A stretch of DNA of 64,000 nt from sequence record NZ_CP102531.1. One strand, written 5' to 3'. Positions within the stretch are counted from its first letter, which is position 1. Each line of letters starts with the position of its first letter. Position numbers and translations under genes: made by a program. The DNA comes from a plasmid. Shown here one piece after another: positions 63,877 to 64,000 of the stretch. The notes beneath the pieces are model-generated. The model did no database searches, was not told the origin of the DNA, and saw only the letters and a list, made by a program, of their open reading frames with translations.

Positions 63877-64000
63877 ATTATTATTTTAACTATAGTCCTT
63901 TACAGGACGTTATCACTAGTATACAGTCGTGTTGTTATATGGAATTATCAAATGTTTGTTTGCTCTACCATAAATAGATGAACCACAAGGAGTTTTTAAA

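Overview
This 64-kb window is a mosaic segment most consistent with a large conjugative plasmid, or a plasmid-derived island, of a Lacticaseibacillus casei/paracasei-group lactic acid bacterium. The host assignment is an inference from an L. casei-type lacTEGF operon, a cysK-ctl-cysE cysteine cluster and Lactobacillus-type IS elements. From 5' to 3' the window holds: (1) four small overlapping ORFs, a lipopeptide ORF and a candidate Fst/Lpt-like type I toxin-antitoxin pair. (2) A complete Gram-positive type IV secretion conjugation module on the minus strand (3221-21751). It has a pCF10-like gene order: Ig-like surface protein, PcfB-like DUF3801, T4CP, VirB6-, VirB3- and VirB4-like proteins, a PrgK-like CHAP/transglycosylase hydrolase, a VirB8-like protein, ArdC-like antirestriction, MobC, a MOBP-type relaxase and a DUF3991/Toprim protein, with a candidate oriT. 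This module sits between identical IS6-family copies. (3) A larBCDE nickel-pincer cofactor operon that lacks larA, between two inverted IS6 copies. (4) A lipoprotein DNA/RNA non-specific endonuclease with an overlapping HTH gene. (5) An hsdRMS type I restriction-modification system with a half-size HsdS, followed by a cysK-ctl(metC)-cysE cluster preceded by a Cys-codon-rich leader peptide plus terminator, a candidate translation-coupled attenuator. This pair is bracketed by inverted IS5-family (IS427-group) copies. (6) lacTEGF with a RAT/terminator leader. (7) A resolvase, a standalone BRCT fragment, an unknown 155-aa gene and nested IS debris. (8) A 2621-aa sortase-type adhesin built from about 15 near-identical 282-bp tandem repeats. 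(9) An intact IS3 element inserted into an IS5-like remnant. (10) A putative SOS-regulated yolD-like/umuC-like pair. (11) parA, a small partner gene and GTATAC-based palindromic repeat arrays. No rRNA, tRNA or CRISPR is seen.
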